A program made the position numbers and the translations under genes. A stretch of DNA of 64,000 nucleotides from a virus (taxonomy: Duplodnaviria > Caudoviricetes): positions 64,001 to 128,000 of the IMG/VR virus record IMGVR_UViG_3300028591_000099. One strand, given 5' to 3'. This document shows positions 46,901-56,873 of the stretch, in pieces; position 1 is the first letter of the stretch; every line of letters starts with the position of its first letter. The notes under the pieces are model-generated. The model saw only the letters and a program-made list of their open reading frames with translations. It made no database searches and had not been told where the DNA came from.

Positions 46901-47840
46901 GAGGGGCTGTTTCAACATGAACTCTCGGAATCTGCTGTTTATGTTGAATTGTATAATTCTCAATTTTATTATAAATATCCATCGAGTTCGCACATAAATA
47001 ATCATAATCAAACTCTTCGGATAAATGTTTTCTAATATCCTCTTCTGGTTGCAGATATGCATACTCATAGAATGAATCAACTTCACGTTCTCCACCTTTT
47101 GAGTTCAAATATGCTTTATGAACATATCTATCTTCTTTTTTAAGATAATGTGCATCTGTCCCAACAACAATTTTACGATCATATGCTCTCGCAATCGAAA
47201 TCATTCTTTTATTAACTGCAACCTGCTCCGCTGACATGCCTGGTGCAATTTCACAATAAAAATCATCACCAAACAAATTAATACAATACGTCATGAAACG
47301 ATGAATATGCATTTTAATATCATAAACTGGTTGAGATGCTGATTCCGCTTTGACTAACTCTAAAATTGTTGATGACAATTCACCACCAATACACGCCGAA
47401 GTCGCAATTAAATGACCCTTACCATATTTTTTAATAATATCCTCTAACTCTGAATACAAAGTTGGAACTCGTTCCAAACCACGATCCATATAACTTTGCA
47501 TCCAAGAATTTGAAGATAACTCACGTAACATTCTCCAACCAATTTTATCTTTACTAATTAAAATAAAATGATAATACTTTTGATTACGCTCCCGATCTGC
47601 TGTAAGATAAATCTCATTACCAATCGCTACCTTAAAATCTGGTTTAGATTTTTGAATCTCCTGTGCGTATAAATTAATTTCCGGTGCTGCTGAAAGACAT
47701 TCATGATCTGTCAACGCAATGCCAGAAAGACCGAGTTCAATCGCTCGGTTAATCAAATCTTTGGGTTTATTAATACAATCAAGTAAACGAATGTTCGAAT
47801 ACATACTATGTGAATGAACTTCGAATCTTGGAACCATCAT
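43968..47840 (-). CDS. dnaE: DNA polymerase III alpha subunit
   Basis: PHP domain HSHSMYS/LTDHE, GAGRGS, DIDLD, HASGV, KFDFL. Confidence 0.95.
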   Translation of the reverse strand: MMVPRFEVHSHSMYSNIRLLDCINKPKDLINRAIELGLSGIALTDHECLSAAPEINLYAQEIQKSKPDFKVAIGNEIYLTADRERNQKYYHFILISKDKIGWRMLRELSSNSWMQSYMDRGLERVPTLYSELEDIIKKYGKGHLIATSACIGGELSSTILELVKAESASQPVYDIKMHIHRFMTYCINLFGDDFYCEIAPGMSAEQVAVNKRMISIARAYDRKIVVGTDAHYLKKEDRYVHKAYLNSKGGEREVDSFYEYAYLQPEEDIRKHLSEEFDYDYLCANSMDIYNKIENYTIQHKQQIPRVHVETAPPYEDNSLNKFPILKSMRMSNDVYERYWVNECLKKLKELDKDNDTYLSRLEEEADIKRVIGEKLETNMFCYPVTLQHYINMFWECGSMVGAGRGSSCSGLNHYLLGVTQLDPIKWNLPFFRYLNKERIELGDIDLDLCPSKRPIIIEKIKEERGKNFDKSVSELARENLGCTLIATFGTESTKSAILTACRGYRSDEFPDGIDVDEAQYMSSLIPSERGFLWTLEDTVYGNPDKDRNPVQQFVMEVNNYPGLLEIMFGIQGLIKQRGSHASGVIFFDEDPYEYGAFMKTPNGEIITQFDLHMCESLGMTKFDFLVTDVQDKLVEAIHLLQKNNEIEPDLSLKEVYDKYFHPEVLPLDDQKVWKAIEEGSVLNIFQFDSMVGAQAAKKIKPKNILELADTNGLMRLMTAERGAETPMDKYVRYKNNISLWYEEMRKAGLTVEEQKTLEPYFLSSYGVPPSQEQLMRMLMDDKICHFTLGEANAARKIVGKKQMNKIPELREKIYKQASSENLGRYVWQYGVGPQMGYSFSIIHALAYSFIGFQTAYIGTHFNPIYWNTACLAVNSGSIGGGSTAYGKMAKALGDTRAAGIKVSLVDINKSGYGFEPDIENNQILFGLKSMLNVGDEVIENTIKYRPYSSPKDYIEKVHPNKQAMISLIKGGAFDNMEDRKFVMAWYIWETCDKKKRITLQNMSGLIAHGLLPEHNDKQVMARRIFEFNRYLKKVCINSSKTLYNLDTRAFNFLTEVGYDNLIQSNATVTVKDWDKVYQGWMDVFRQWISENKDEILRNLNDSIFKEDWVKYASGSLSAWEMEVLCFYYHEHELAKLDNKKYGYEDFFSLPETPIVLESWKTRNGHEIRKFKLHKICGTCIAKDKVRSTVTLLTTTGVVDVKFAKEYFALFDKTISARGADGVKHKIEGSWFNRGSMIVVQGIRQGDNFTPKKYSNSQGHQLYKIESLYNDGRDVLLTSNRAQGEIDEED

Positions 47841-47863
47841 ATCATCCCCCTATCTATATATTT

Positions 47864-47892
47864 ATTATAACATATTTAATTTTGAAAGTCAA
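47864..47892 (-). promoter_or_regulatory. SigA-type promoter
   Basis: TTGACT-17-TATAAT with TG. Confidence 0.75.
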
Positions 47893-47924
47893 AGGCGCGT
47901 GCGGCCCCCGATTAAACCGATCGG

Positions 47925-49136
47925 TTAAGGCTGGCGGCGCACAATAACTAATTTTTGACGAGCTCTTGTTACTGCCGTATATAACCAACGTTTGTGGTCT
48001 TCACCCCAAGGAAAATCCTCTTCAAAGACTAGGACTTTATCCCATTCAGAACCCTGACTCTTATGTGCTGTAATCGCATATCCATAGTCGAACTGATGCG
48101 GCTGCAGCACTTGCGGGATACGTCTAAAATTCTCTTTAGTTACTGTTGGTTCATGCGTTGTAAATAATTTATAATCTAAATTTAAATCAGTAAATACTCC
48201 ATCACCATATATAATAGCATCAGATTCTGGTGCATAGTGATCTGGCAAGAAGTCTGCTGACATAAAAGTTTTTATGTACTTTTTAGGCACAACATTTATC
48301 CTATTATTATCTGTATATACAATATTCTCTAAATAGCCAGTAAGGCCATTTACTAATACATCTCCAAGAGGGGTAATAGTATCCCAGTCATTACGCAAAC
48401 AAATAACTTTATCACCCTCCATAGGTTCATCACTATGGTCACCAAATATATAAGTTCTCATTAAGTCATTATAGAAATGTCTTGTAGAGTTTTTTGCAAC
48501 AATAATTTGGTCTGCCCATTGTAACATACCACTAGTAACTTCATATGGGTCAATGATTTGAACTTCAGATCCTTTAAACTTATGTAATGACTTACCCTCA
48601 CGAATATCCATAGATATTCTAATAATCTCTGACTCTTGGGCTTGACGCATAATTTCATCTAGGAATACGTGCGGATGGTCGAGCACACCATTCGGTTCAT
48701 TCAGAGGTGGTAGCTGCCCAGGGTCACCGAGTGCAATTACATGGATGTGATGGCTTAACAACAAGTCCCACATATCTTTTGGAAGCATTGAAACTTCATC
48801 AACTACAATTAATTTATATGGATATTCTAATGGACGTCGAGGCATATGGAAAAATGTCCCATCCCTACGAGGATAAGATTGATATAATAACCGATGTGCC
48901 GTCATAGAATTTAAATTGCCCTTCTCTTGAAGAACTAAAGCTGCTTTGCCAGTATAAGAGATAAAACAAACATCATAAGGAGGAAGATTTAAAGCTTGTA
49001 TAATAAAACTAACTAGCGTAGATTTACCAGAACCCGCATAACCACTAATACAAGTATATGGTTTATGCTGATTGTATCTCTGAACCGCTAGTTCAAGAGC
49101 TTCTTGTTGTTTCTCTGTTAAAATAATATCTTCCAT
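47925..49136 (-). CDS. RecD/Dda-like SF1B helicase
   Basis: GYAGSGKS, VDEVSM, GDPGQLPP, YAITAHKSQGSEW, YTAVTRA. Confidence 0.9.
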   Translation of the reverse strand: MEDIILTEKQQEALELAVQRYNQHKPYTCISGYAGSGKSTLVSFIIQALNLPPYDVCFISYTGKAALVLQEKGNLNSMTAHRLLYQSYPRRDGTFFHMPRRPLEYPYKLIVVDEVSMLPKDMWDLLLSHHIHVIALGDPGQLPPLNEPNGVLDHPHVFLDEIMRQAQESEIIRISMDIREGKSLHKFKGSEVQIIDPYEVTSGMLQWADQIIVAKNSTRHFYNDLMRTYIFGDHSDEPMEGDKVICLRNDWDTITPLGDVLVNGLTGYLENIVYTDNNRINVVPKKYIKTFMSADFLPDHYAPESDAIIYGDGVFTDLNLDYKLFTTHEPTVTKENFRRIPQVLQPHQFDYGYAITAHKSQGSEWDKVLVFEEDFPWGEDHKRWLYTAVTRARQKLVIVRRQP

Positions 49137-49193
49137 AGTTCACCTCTTATATATATTATAACATATTTTATCAAAAAGAACAAAAAAAGGAGA

Positions 49194-49421
49194 TTACTCT
49201 CCAGTTTTTTCGCTACTATCGCATGTGACTTGATACCACCACCAAGGATATTGTGGAGTAATACCCGGATTGGCCGGACGCCAATAATAATAGAGGCACA
49301 TCTCTCCAGTTTTATCACATTTACCACATGGCAAATAATATTTACAAGTAGGATTATAATTTAATGTATATGAGGTAGAAGTCCCAGTTGTTGTTGTTTG
49401 ATTTTCCATATTTACCTCCAA
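49194..49421 (-). CDS. Small Cys-rich hypothetical protein
   Basis: CKYYLPCGKCDKTGEMC; likely start is the second ATG (MENQ) after GGAGG. Confidence 0.55.
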   Translation of the reverse strand: MEVNMENQTTTTGTSTSYTLNYNPTCKYYLPCGKCDKTGEMCLYYYWRPANPGITPQYPWWWYQVTCDSSEKTGE

Positions 49422-49488
49422 AATTTTCCAAAGGATTTTTTAATTGCGGCTACGGTGCGCACATTTGGCACCGGCCGGCCACTGCTTA

Positions 49489-51228
49489 TTAGAAGTAATA
49501 AGCTTGCTTTCTAACAATATTATAATCTTCAATAATAATCTCAGGCCCATTATCCCAACCAGTATTACGCACGCATCTACCAACAATATCTAATATAGTG
49601 CATCCTTCACCAGGATATAAATTATCAAACTCATCTTGAGAACTCTTAAACTTAACTATTGATAAATTGTCTAGTAGGTTAATTTTTAAAGTAGTGCCAA
49701 ATAATTTAATATTATTTTTAGTTACTGAAACATTTTTAAATGCGATTAATGGCTCATCAACACCTTGGCCCCAAACATAATCCGCATCCGCAATCTCCAA
49801 AATATCAGCAATATCAATTTTATTTGGTAGATATTCAATATCTACATTATATACTGGAGAGAAATCATAGTCTTTTAATAAGCCATTACTATAACTTAAA
49901 AATAAATCTACATTAGAATCAGGAATCGCAAGTCCAAGTGCATTATCATGACCTTGTGCAAGTGTGAAATAACCACTATCTAAAGCTAAATGTTGTAAAG
50001 ACTCAACGCCCATTGATGGGTTATTCCGACCAGAACCTGCCCAAGTTAATTCGCCAGTCACATCATCAAAAGTCTTATTTAATAACATAACTGGATGTCC
50101 ATAAGTAGACATTAACTTATTTGCTACTAAGCCTGTAATTGACTTACTATCTTCTGTTGGTTCTTCTAATTTAATAAATAAAATCTTATTATCTAATAAA
50201 TGCTGTGATTTGATTTGGAAATCAATATCTTCTGCAAGAGCATCTCTTAATTTGTTTTGACGATTTTTTACATTATTACAAATACGACAAGATTGCTCAA
50301 CTATAGTTTCAGTATCTCCAACTTTATGACCTCTTTTAGTGGATGGAACTAAAGTATAAGCACGATGATCTAAAAATGATTCAAATAAACATTGTTTTTC
50401 AACATTAGTGCCAACTCGTGTTACCGCATTAACTGCTGGTGCAATATACCAAGCAACACCAGTAGCAGTTAATCTGCCTTTTAATGAATACTCATTTTTA
50501 GCAACCATAGCTTTAATGAAAGGATTTTCGATATTAGCTAAACCTTTATTAACAATGCGTCTTGTTTCATAATCTTTAAGCTCCATAACATCAGCAATAA
50601 TACCAAGAGCAGCAATATCTAACAAATCATTAGCATCTGTATCGCCTTTAAGATTATCAATATAAGAACAAAACTTATACACCATACCAACGCCACTTAA
50701 ACTCTTAGTAGGATAACCAGAATCTAATTGGTTATTTATTACGATAGCATCTTCTGAATAATAATCAGTATTATGGTGATCGATAATAATAAGATCTATA
50801 CCATCATCTTTTAACTTCTTATGATATTCATATTCATTACTGCCTGCATCTGGGCAAACTACTAATTGCGGCTGAGCGGCACTGATTTGATCCATCAATA
50901 AACCGTGACCCTTATCTTGATGTAAACCCCATTTTACATGGTTAACTGTAAATCCAGGGAACTTGCGATACATCCAGTTAATAAAGAAAGCAGAGCTGGT
51001 ATAACCATCGCAGTCCGCATCTACATTAACAAAAATATCATGCTCAGAACTGATATGCTTAATTAGACATTTTGCGGCCTCCGGCATGTTGCGTATCGTG
51101 GCCGGATCAATAATATCATTATCTGTTGTGTTCAAATAATGAATGGGGTCATCAATACCCCTATTTTTTAATATTCGAAACAAGGCTGAACCTTGTGTAT
51201 TTTCACTATCTATTACCTTATATTGCAT
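49489..51228 (-). CDS. recJ: ssDNA exonuclease RecJ-like (DHH family)
   Basis: DADCDG, IIDHH, LSGVGMVYK, GSGR, GHDNA. Confidence 0.9.
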   Translation of the reverse strand: MQYKVIDSENTQGSALFRILKNRGIDDPIHYLNTTDNDIIDPATIRNMPEAAKCLIKHISSEHDIFVNVDADCDGYTSSAFFINWMYRKFPGFTVNHVKWGLHQDKGHGLLMDQISAAQPQLVVCPDAGSNEYEYHKKLKDDGIDLIIIDHHNTDYYSEDAIVINNQLDSGYPTKSLSGVGMVYKFCSYIDNLKGDTDANDLLDIAALGIIADVMELKDYETRRIVNKGLANIENPFIKAMVAKNEYSLKGRLTATGVAWYIAPAVNAVTRVGTNVEKQCLFESFLDHRAYTLVPSTKRGHKVGDTETIVEQSCRICNNVKNRQNKLRDALAEDIDFQIKSQHLLDNKILFIKLEEPTEDSKSITGLVANKLMSTYGHPVMLLNKTFDDVTGELTWAGSGRNNPSMGVESLQHLALDSGYFTLAQGHDNALGLAIPDSNVDLFLSYSNGLLKDYDFSPVYNVDIEYLPNKIDIADILEIADADYVWGQGVDEPLIAFKNVSVTKNNIKLFGTTLKINLLDNLSIVKFKSSQDEFDNLYPGEGCTILDIVGRCVRNTGWDNGPEIIIEDYNIVRKQAYYF

Positions 51229-52331
51229 TACAACACTATCCTTTCATTAAATAATTTTAAGAAAATCTCTTTACCTCTATCTATTGGACTATCTTTATAT
51301 CCTGTTATCATTTTTTTATCAAATATAAAACTAATCTTAACATAATTGTTATACTTAGAATAAATTTTTAATAAATTACGTTTAAGTTTTTTAAACTCAT
51401 CATCGCCAATATCTTGAAACTGCCTATCAAGAGCGATTACGATTTCCCTAACGCCAGCTTCAATTAATAAATTAATTTGATATGCGGAAACATTGCTACC
51501 GCAACATGCAACAGAGATATCATTATCATGACCGAAATAAGTCTGGTATTTAAGACATGATTTCTCCCCTTCAAATATCACTGCACGACCGGACGCCGCA
51601 ATTGCCTTTTTAGCATTGTTAAAATTATATAAGTTCATACCAAGAGGATGATTATATAACATTCCATTAATAATTAACGGTCTATATTTGCCATAAAGCT
51701 CCGCATCTTCTCTACTTAAAGTTCTACCTCTAACTCCAACGAGTCTACTGTCTTTATCAAAGTGCGGAATAGTAATCTGATTACCTCCTGGAAAATAACC
51801 TATTTTATTAAAATCTAAAACCTCTTGAGAAATACCTTCATTTAACCATGGTTCAAGTTTAACATCATAATTAAACACTGATAGAATATTTTTATCATAT
51901 GGTTTAAGTTTTACATCATAAGTCTTAACTTCAACCTGTTGAATGCGATCATAATTGCTAAATATAGCCCAATCTTCAAGTTCAGTCTTTTCACCTTCAA
52001 TAATAAATGAACCTGAAATACCCAATCTGAAAGCAATTAATCTAATCGCATCGTTAAGGTTTAACTCTTGTTGTTTTTGAATTGCGTAGACTTTAATACA
52101 TAATTCAAAAATATCAAATGAATCATCGCCAGCAGTATAAGATTTAAATAATCCACTATTTTCGTAAAAATAGAGCTTGCGGCTGCCGACTCCAGGCGGA
52201 TTATGGTCTATCGTCTCTGCAATAATACCAAATCCAGTATATTGAGGATTACCTCCCCACTCAAGCAGGAGGTCAAAAATATCGCTTGTTGTTATTTGGT
52301 CTCTGACCTCTTGCTTGTCGTAATTAATCAT
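51228..52331 (-). CDS. dnaG: DNA primase (DnaG-like, TOPRIM)
   Basis: ITIPH, GVRGR, IFEGEKS, IALDRQ. Confidence 0.85.
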   Translation of the reverse strand: MINYDKQEVRDQITTSDIFDLLLEWGGNPQYTGFGIIAETIDHNPPGVGSRKLYFYENSGLFKSYTAGDDSFDIFELCIKVYAIQKQQELNLNDAIRLIAFRLGISGSFIIEGEKTELEDWAIFSNYDRIQQVEVKTYDVKLKPYDKNILSVFNYDVKLEPWLNEGISQEVLDFNKIGYFPGGNQITIPHFDKDSRLVGVRGRTLSREDAELYGKYRPLIINGMLYNHPLGMNLYNFNNAKKAIAASGRAVIFEGEKSCLKYQTYFGHDNDISVACCGSNVSAYQINLLIEAGVREIVIALDRQFQDIGDDEFKKLKRNLLKIYSKYNNYVKISFIFDKKMITGYKDSPIDRGKEIFLKLFNERIVL

Positions 52332-53856
52332 TATTAAATGCTCCTGGTTCTACTTTAATTTCGAAATCATCCATCTCAATTAACTGATATCTCCAGTCTG
52401 TGGCAAACATAGGATTGATTCTACAAGTTCCTAAATCTGCTTTACACCAAAGATAAATACCTTTGTATTGACCTCTACGGTTCTTATAAATAGATAATTT
52501 TAAATTAGGTTTATCAAATATATTTTGTTTCAATAAATTATCTAAAGAATCTAAATCTTTTTGAGTTACTGGCAATAAGATACTGCCATAGTCAATTTTA
52601 TCAGCAATCGCCTTTGCGCCTCTCAATAAGTTTTGATCCGGGGTCTCTGATTCCTGATAATCAGCATTTAACTGTGTTGCTGATTCAATAAAAATTCCAT
52701 ATTTATTGCAAATATCTTTTAATCTAATAGATAACATAAATAATACGTTATCTTCTCTTAATCTAACTCCACCAGAACGTCTTGTAACTTCTTCCAAAAT
52801 CTTCATTGAAGTATGAATATAATCATGGAATACATATTTTACTTGATGTTCACGAATACCTTTTTTAATACGATCTTCAACATCTTGCAAAGAGAAATCT
52901 GGTAACTCTTCTACATAAATTGGAGATTGTTTCAAAATTTCTGCGGCCTTGCGAACCCGATCGACTTCATCGCCTTCATACTGATTATTAATGATATGTT
53001 CTTCATTAACTGAAGATAAAAAAGCTAACATCATTGTCTGAATTTCTTCTAATTCCTGCTCAGTTGAAATGTATAAACATGGTTCAGCAATACCATTACC
53101 AATCCAACCTAACATATCATCATAAATCATATCTGCCCCAATATAGCAACAATCGGCGATCATAGATCTGGACTTGCCAACACCCGTAGGCGCAGACCGC
53201 AAATAAAACTTCTTTAATCTCGCACCACGAGTAACTCTATTGATAAATTTTCCATATAAAGGTGAACCTACTTCTGGATACATCATTAATCGATCAATTA
53301 AAGCATCAATACCCTCACCAGCTTGATGTGTATTTCCAAAAGTATCACTTACGCAATCTAATCGAATACTATCAACAATAGCATCAACCTTATCTGCAAT
53401 TTGAGTTAAAGTTAAATTATCTAATTGATCCTCTTGTAACTGTAATTTCTTCGTATCTAATTCATCTGGATCATAAATAAACCTAACATCAATTCCATAT
53501 GAATCATATGCTCTTAAAAGAGTCATTTTCTTCATTTTGTTATAATAAAAGTCAAATGCTGATGGGATGGCTTTTTCAGCAACACTTTTTAACCATTCTT
53601 CACCTTTGTTTGTTTCAAAAACAGCTTGACTTTTCGGCTTATTTGCTAAAAAATCGCAAATACTTTCAATTGAGATTTTTTCAGCACCTAATTCGTATAT
53701 TTTATAAATTGCTCCAAAAACAACTTTATGAAAATCTGTAACAAAATCTTCTTCAGTAATAGTATATTTATCAGTCTCATCAAGTAGTTCTGGTTTTATA
53801 AATACACTACCAATTACTTGAACTATTGCAATTTGATCTACATATTTACTGCTCAT
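52324..53856 (-). CDS. dnaB: Replicative DNA helicase (DnaB-like)
   Basis: APTGVGKS, ISTEQ, FHDYIH, ATQLN, KNRRG. Confidence 0.9.
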   Translation of the reverse strand: MSSKYVDQIAIVQVIGSVFIKPELLDETDKYTITEEDFVTDFHKVVFGAIYKIYELGAEKISIESICDFLANKPKSQAVFETNKGEEWLKSVAEKAIPSAFDFYYNKMKKMTLLRAYDSYGIDVRFIYDPDELDTKKLQLQEDQLDNLTLTQIADKVDAIVDSIRLDCVSDTFGNTHQAGEGIDALIDRLMMYPEVGSPLYGKFINRVTRGARLKKFYLRSAPTGVGKSRSMIADCCYIGADMIYDDMLGWIGNGIAEPCLYISTEQELEEIQTMMLAFLSSVNEEHIINNQYEGDEVDRVRKAAEILKQSPIYVEELPDFSLQDVEDRIKKGIREHQVKYVFHDYIHTSMKILEEVTRRSGGVRLREDNVLFMLSIRLKDICNKYGIFIESATQLNADYQESETPDQNLLRGAKAIADKIDYGSILLPVTQKDLDSLDNLLKQNIFDKPNLKLSIYKNRRGQYKGIYLWCKADLGTCRINPMFATDWRYQLIEMDDFEIKVEPGAFNND

Positions 53857-54376
53857 CAGAATCTCCTTGATCTAAATCTAAAAAAGAAAATAATTTGCGG
53901 CGTCGCGTTTTCCGAACGGGCTCAGGTATCGTAATTTCAATAACTTTTGGTTCATAACGCTCTAAAATCTTAGGTGCATTATTTTGATTAGCTAACCATA
54001 TAGAATAATAATAGTTATACGCATCATTATAAATATGCGGGACTATACCAATAGAACCATTTGATTTATCTATTGGGTTATGCTTAATTTCATACCAATA
54101 TTTTAATGCTCTTAAAATACCACTGTAAGTATATTCATATTCAGTATGGTATTTCTCAATTAATTTCTTAGTTGTGACGTAATTATAAGTTTTACCAAAT
54201 AAATTTTTACAGTATTCAAAAAGGGCCTCTAAATCTCGTTCTTCTTGAGTTTTTTCTTGTTCTGCTTTTTCAAAACAAGCCTTATGCCAATATCTGCGGC
54301 TTTTGATAATATATTCCTCAATACTAGCATCAAACGTCAACCCGCATCCGGGGCATTTAACCATATGTTTCGGCAT
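53846..54376 (-). CDS. Zn-finger protein upstream of the helicase (possible loader/initiator)
   Basis: CPGC...HKAC; GSIGIVPHIY; overlaps the helicase start. Confidence 0.6.
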   Translation of the reverse strand: MPKHMVKCPGCGLTFDASIEEYIIKSRRYWHKACFEKAEQEKTQEERDLEALFEYCKNLFGKTYNYVTTKKLIEKYHTEYEYTYSGILRALKYWYEIKHNPIDKSNGSIGIVPHIYNDAYNYYYSIWLANQNNAPKILERYEPKVIEITIPEPVRKTRRRKLFSFLDLDQGDSDEQ

Positions 54377-54394
54377 AGAGTCCTCCTTACTATT

Positions 54395-54423
54395 ATTATA
54401 ACATAATAAAATAAAAAAGTCAA
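54395..54423 (-). promoter_or_regulatory. SigA-type promoter
   Basis: TTGACT-17-TATAAT with TG. Confidence 0.75.
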
Positions 54424-54455
54424 CTCCTCTTTGAGGAGGAGCTGACTCTCTATTA

Positions 54456-55427
54456 TTACTTCATTAAAGTGTTTTTAATTTCATCAACAATAAGATAGAC
54501 AAATTCGGCCTGATCTCTAGTTGTTTCAGAAACCTTTTTACCTTTACCTAAGTATTTATCTACAATTTCAACAATCTTTGTCCCTGCAGATGGATTCTTT
54601 TGCATGATAGCTCCTGTAATTGTCTGGAACTCACTCATTAATGCATCATAATCATAAGTCGGTGCAATTACATCAGCCACACGATCGTTTGTAACAAACT
54701 TATTGTTGGTTTCAGCAGCTTCCTTATCAATTGCTTTATTTAATGCTTCAACTAAGGCGTCATAAGTAAATGGAATTTCAGGTTCAATATATTTAAATCT
54801 ACAACCTGTATCAACAGAACCATCTAATGAACGAAGAATTAATTTACGTTCACCATTTACGATATCTGCACAAGCATAAATATCAGCCATGCCTTTAACA
54901 ATTTCATTAACAGAACGCTGGGCGGTTGGAATCATTTGATTATATTCAGTGCCATCTTTGCGTTTAAATGTCTTATCCGCAGAGTGGGAAATAAAACATA
55001 CAGCATATCCAAGTTGGGTGATGATACGGAAAGAATCCTCAAACTCTTTCTTATATTTAGACCAACCATTTGTAGACCAGCCTCCATCGCCAATGTTTTC
55101 AATACCCAACTGACTACAAATATATTTTTCACAAAGTGAAGCAGCAACATCTACTGTATCAACAATAATTGACTTATATACTTTCTGAACTTCTGGTTTC
55201 TTAAGTTCACGTAATACCTGCTTAAATTCACCCCAAGTAGTAATATCTTGAGCAATAACTCCAGGTAATGCATTATAACCTCTTTCAAAAGCAAGAATTA
55301 ATGCACCTGGAAACTGGCTACCAAAGGTAGTTTTACCTACCTTCGGTACTCCATATACATATGTAATATAACCAGATAAATCTCTTGATACTTTATGAGG
55401 CTCAATAGCGAGAAGATTTATAGCCAT
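54456..55427 (-). CDS. P-loop NTPase, AAA_24/Sak4-like recombination protein
   Basis: GVPKVGKTT, IIVDTVD, FISH. Confidence 0.8.
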   Translation of the reverse strand: MAINLLAIEPHKVSRDLSGYITYVYGVPKVGKTTFGSQFPGALILAFERGYNALPGVIAQDITTWGEFKQVLRELKKPEVQKVYKSIIVDTVDVAASLCEKYICSQLGIENIGDGGWSTNGWSKYKKEFEDSFRIITQLGYAVCFISHSADKTFKRKDGTEYNQMIPTAQRSVNEIVKGMADIYACADIVNGERKLILRSLDGSVDTGCRFKYIEPEIPFTYDALVEALNKAIDKEAAETNNKFVTNDRVADVIAPTYDYDALMSEFQTITGAIMQKNPSAGTKIVEIVDKYLGKGKKVSETTRDQAEFVYLIVDEIKNTLMK

Positions 55428-55439
55428 ATTTGCCTCCTA

Positions 55440-56414
55440 TTAGAAATTAAATTCTGCTGTCTTCGGTGTGCTTGCGGTGCTGGTTGAACTGATCGCATTA
55501 GGCCCCGCCGCACGACTTGCCTTATACTCATCAGATCTCTGCTTAATCTCAGCCAGACTATTTTCTCTTGCCTGAGCTGCAGCCTTCAAATCTTCAAATG
55601 TAATTGTTTCTTCTAATCCAAATTCATACGGTTCAGAAGCTGCCCAAGTAATTACATAATCTCTATTGGAACTCTGAACTTCTCTAACAGAATCTTCACC
55701 AAATGCAGATTCTTCATGAATATATCTTGTAATCTGCTCAGAAACGATCTGGCCTCTAACCTTTGTGAATACCGGATTCTTCGGAGATGCTTCAAGTCCA
55801 ACAAAATAACTAATCGCATTCGGATTAATTGCAGAGAACTCAACCGGCATCATATCATTTCTAAAATTGAAAATTCTGCCATTAATAATCGCCTTTGCTG
55901 GAGATGTTACATTTCCATGATCATCTTCAACTGCATCTCTTTCAGAAACACCAACGATAACAATATCAGTTTCAAAAGTACTTCTCTGTTTTTCATTTTC
56001 ACTAATTGAATTTACGACATGAACAAATCCACCCTCATTTCTCTTAACAGAAACAAGTTCTTCTGCTCCGTTTCTATCAGAATAGAATTCATTCAAACCA
56101 ATCGCAGAATCAACTCTCAATTTGGCCGCATTATCCTTAACATCTGGATCTGTATAACAACCAATTTTCTTATCAATAATTGACTTTAAAGTCGTAAATG
56201 TTGCATTTTCCTTACCCTGAGCAGTTGTTGCTGTTACATAAGTAAAATGAACTGGAACAATATTGGTTTTTGCATCATTTGTTGCAATTTCAATATTTCC
56301 ACTAATGAATTCAGTACCCGGCTTTTTAGAATTCGGTCCAGATACCTTTAATTCAAGACTGTGCTGGTATAAAACCCCTTCTAAATGTGTTGTGTTAATC
56401 ATTCTTTTCTTCAT
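55440..56414 (-). CDS. Putative single-stranded DNA-binding protein
   Basis: Adjacent to Sak4-like gene; beta-rich; flexible tail ending in F. Confidence 0.55.
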   Translation of the reverse strand: MKKRMINTTHLEGVLYQHSLELKVSGPNSKKPGTEFISGNIEIATNDAKTNIVPVHFTYVTATTAQGKENATFTTLKSIIDKKIGCYTDPDVKDNAAKLRVDSAIGLNEFYSDRNGAEELVSVKRNEGGFVHVVNSISENEKQRSTFETDIVIVGVSERDAVEDDHGNVTSPAKAIINGRIFNFRNDMMPVEFSAINPNAISYFVGLEASPKNPVFTKVRGQIVSEQITRYIHEESAFGEDSVREVQSSNRDYVITWAASEPYEFGLEETITFEDLKAAAQARENSLAEIKQRSDEYKASRAAGPNAISSTSTASTPKTAEFNF

Positions 56415-56425
56415 AACATTTCTCC

Positions 56426-56773
56426 TTAATCAATACTATAATTTCTACCTTTTTCACTAATAGCATAAACAATTGGATCTTTACCAATCTTCTCAACAAA
56501 ACCATCATTCACAAGTTTTCTTAATGTTCCAGATACTGCTCTTGACGACATAAACAAACCTTCTGCGATGTCTTTTGCTTTCGCCATTTTTATATTATTA
56601 TCCTGCATATATTTCAGAATAACTTTACCATTATCGGTGATTTCAGGTTTTTCTACAACTTCGTTTTTCAGAATCTCAAGATATGCTTCTACATTATCTG
56701 TCATAATCGTTTTTGTAAACTTTTCATCATGATTCATTAAACTTTCAATAAATTTTAAGAACTCTTCTTTCAT
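56426..56773 (-). CDS. Winged-helix DNA-binding protein
   Basis: AKDIAEGLFMSSRAVSGTLRKLVNDGFVEK. Confidence 0.8.
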   Translation of the reverse strand: MKEEFLKFIESLMNHDEKFTKTIMTDNVEAYLEILKNEVVEKPEITDNGKVILKYMQDNNIKMAKAKDIAEGLFMSSRAVSGTLRKLVNDGFVEKIGKDPIVYAISEKGRNYSID

Positions 56774-56802
56774 AAAAATATCCTTTCAATTCCTGTATTA
56801 TT

Positions 56803-56831
56803 ATTATAACAAATTTTTTAATAATTAGCAA
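56803..56831 (-). promoter_or_regulatory. SigA-type promoter
   Basis: TTGCTA-17-TATAAT with TG. Confidence 0.65.
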
Positions 56832-56873
56832 CAAATAAACCATAAGGGTGGAGTTGACCTCCACCCTAGGTTT

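Noticed and set aside
41650-47840. Inteins or introns in nrdD and dnaE
   Set aside because: Lengths and motif order look normal; no intein termini or LAGLIDADG blocks were seen
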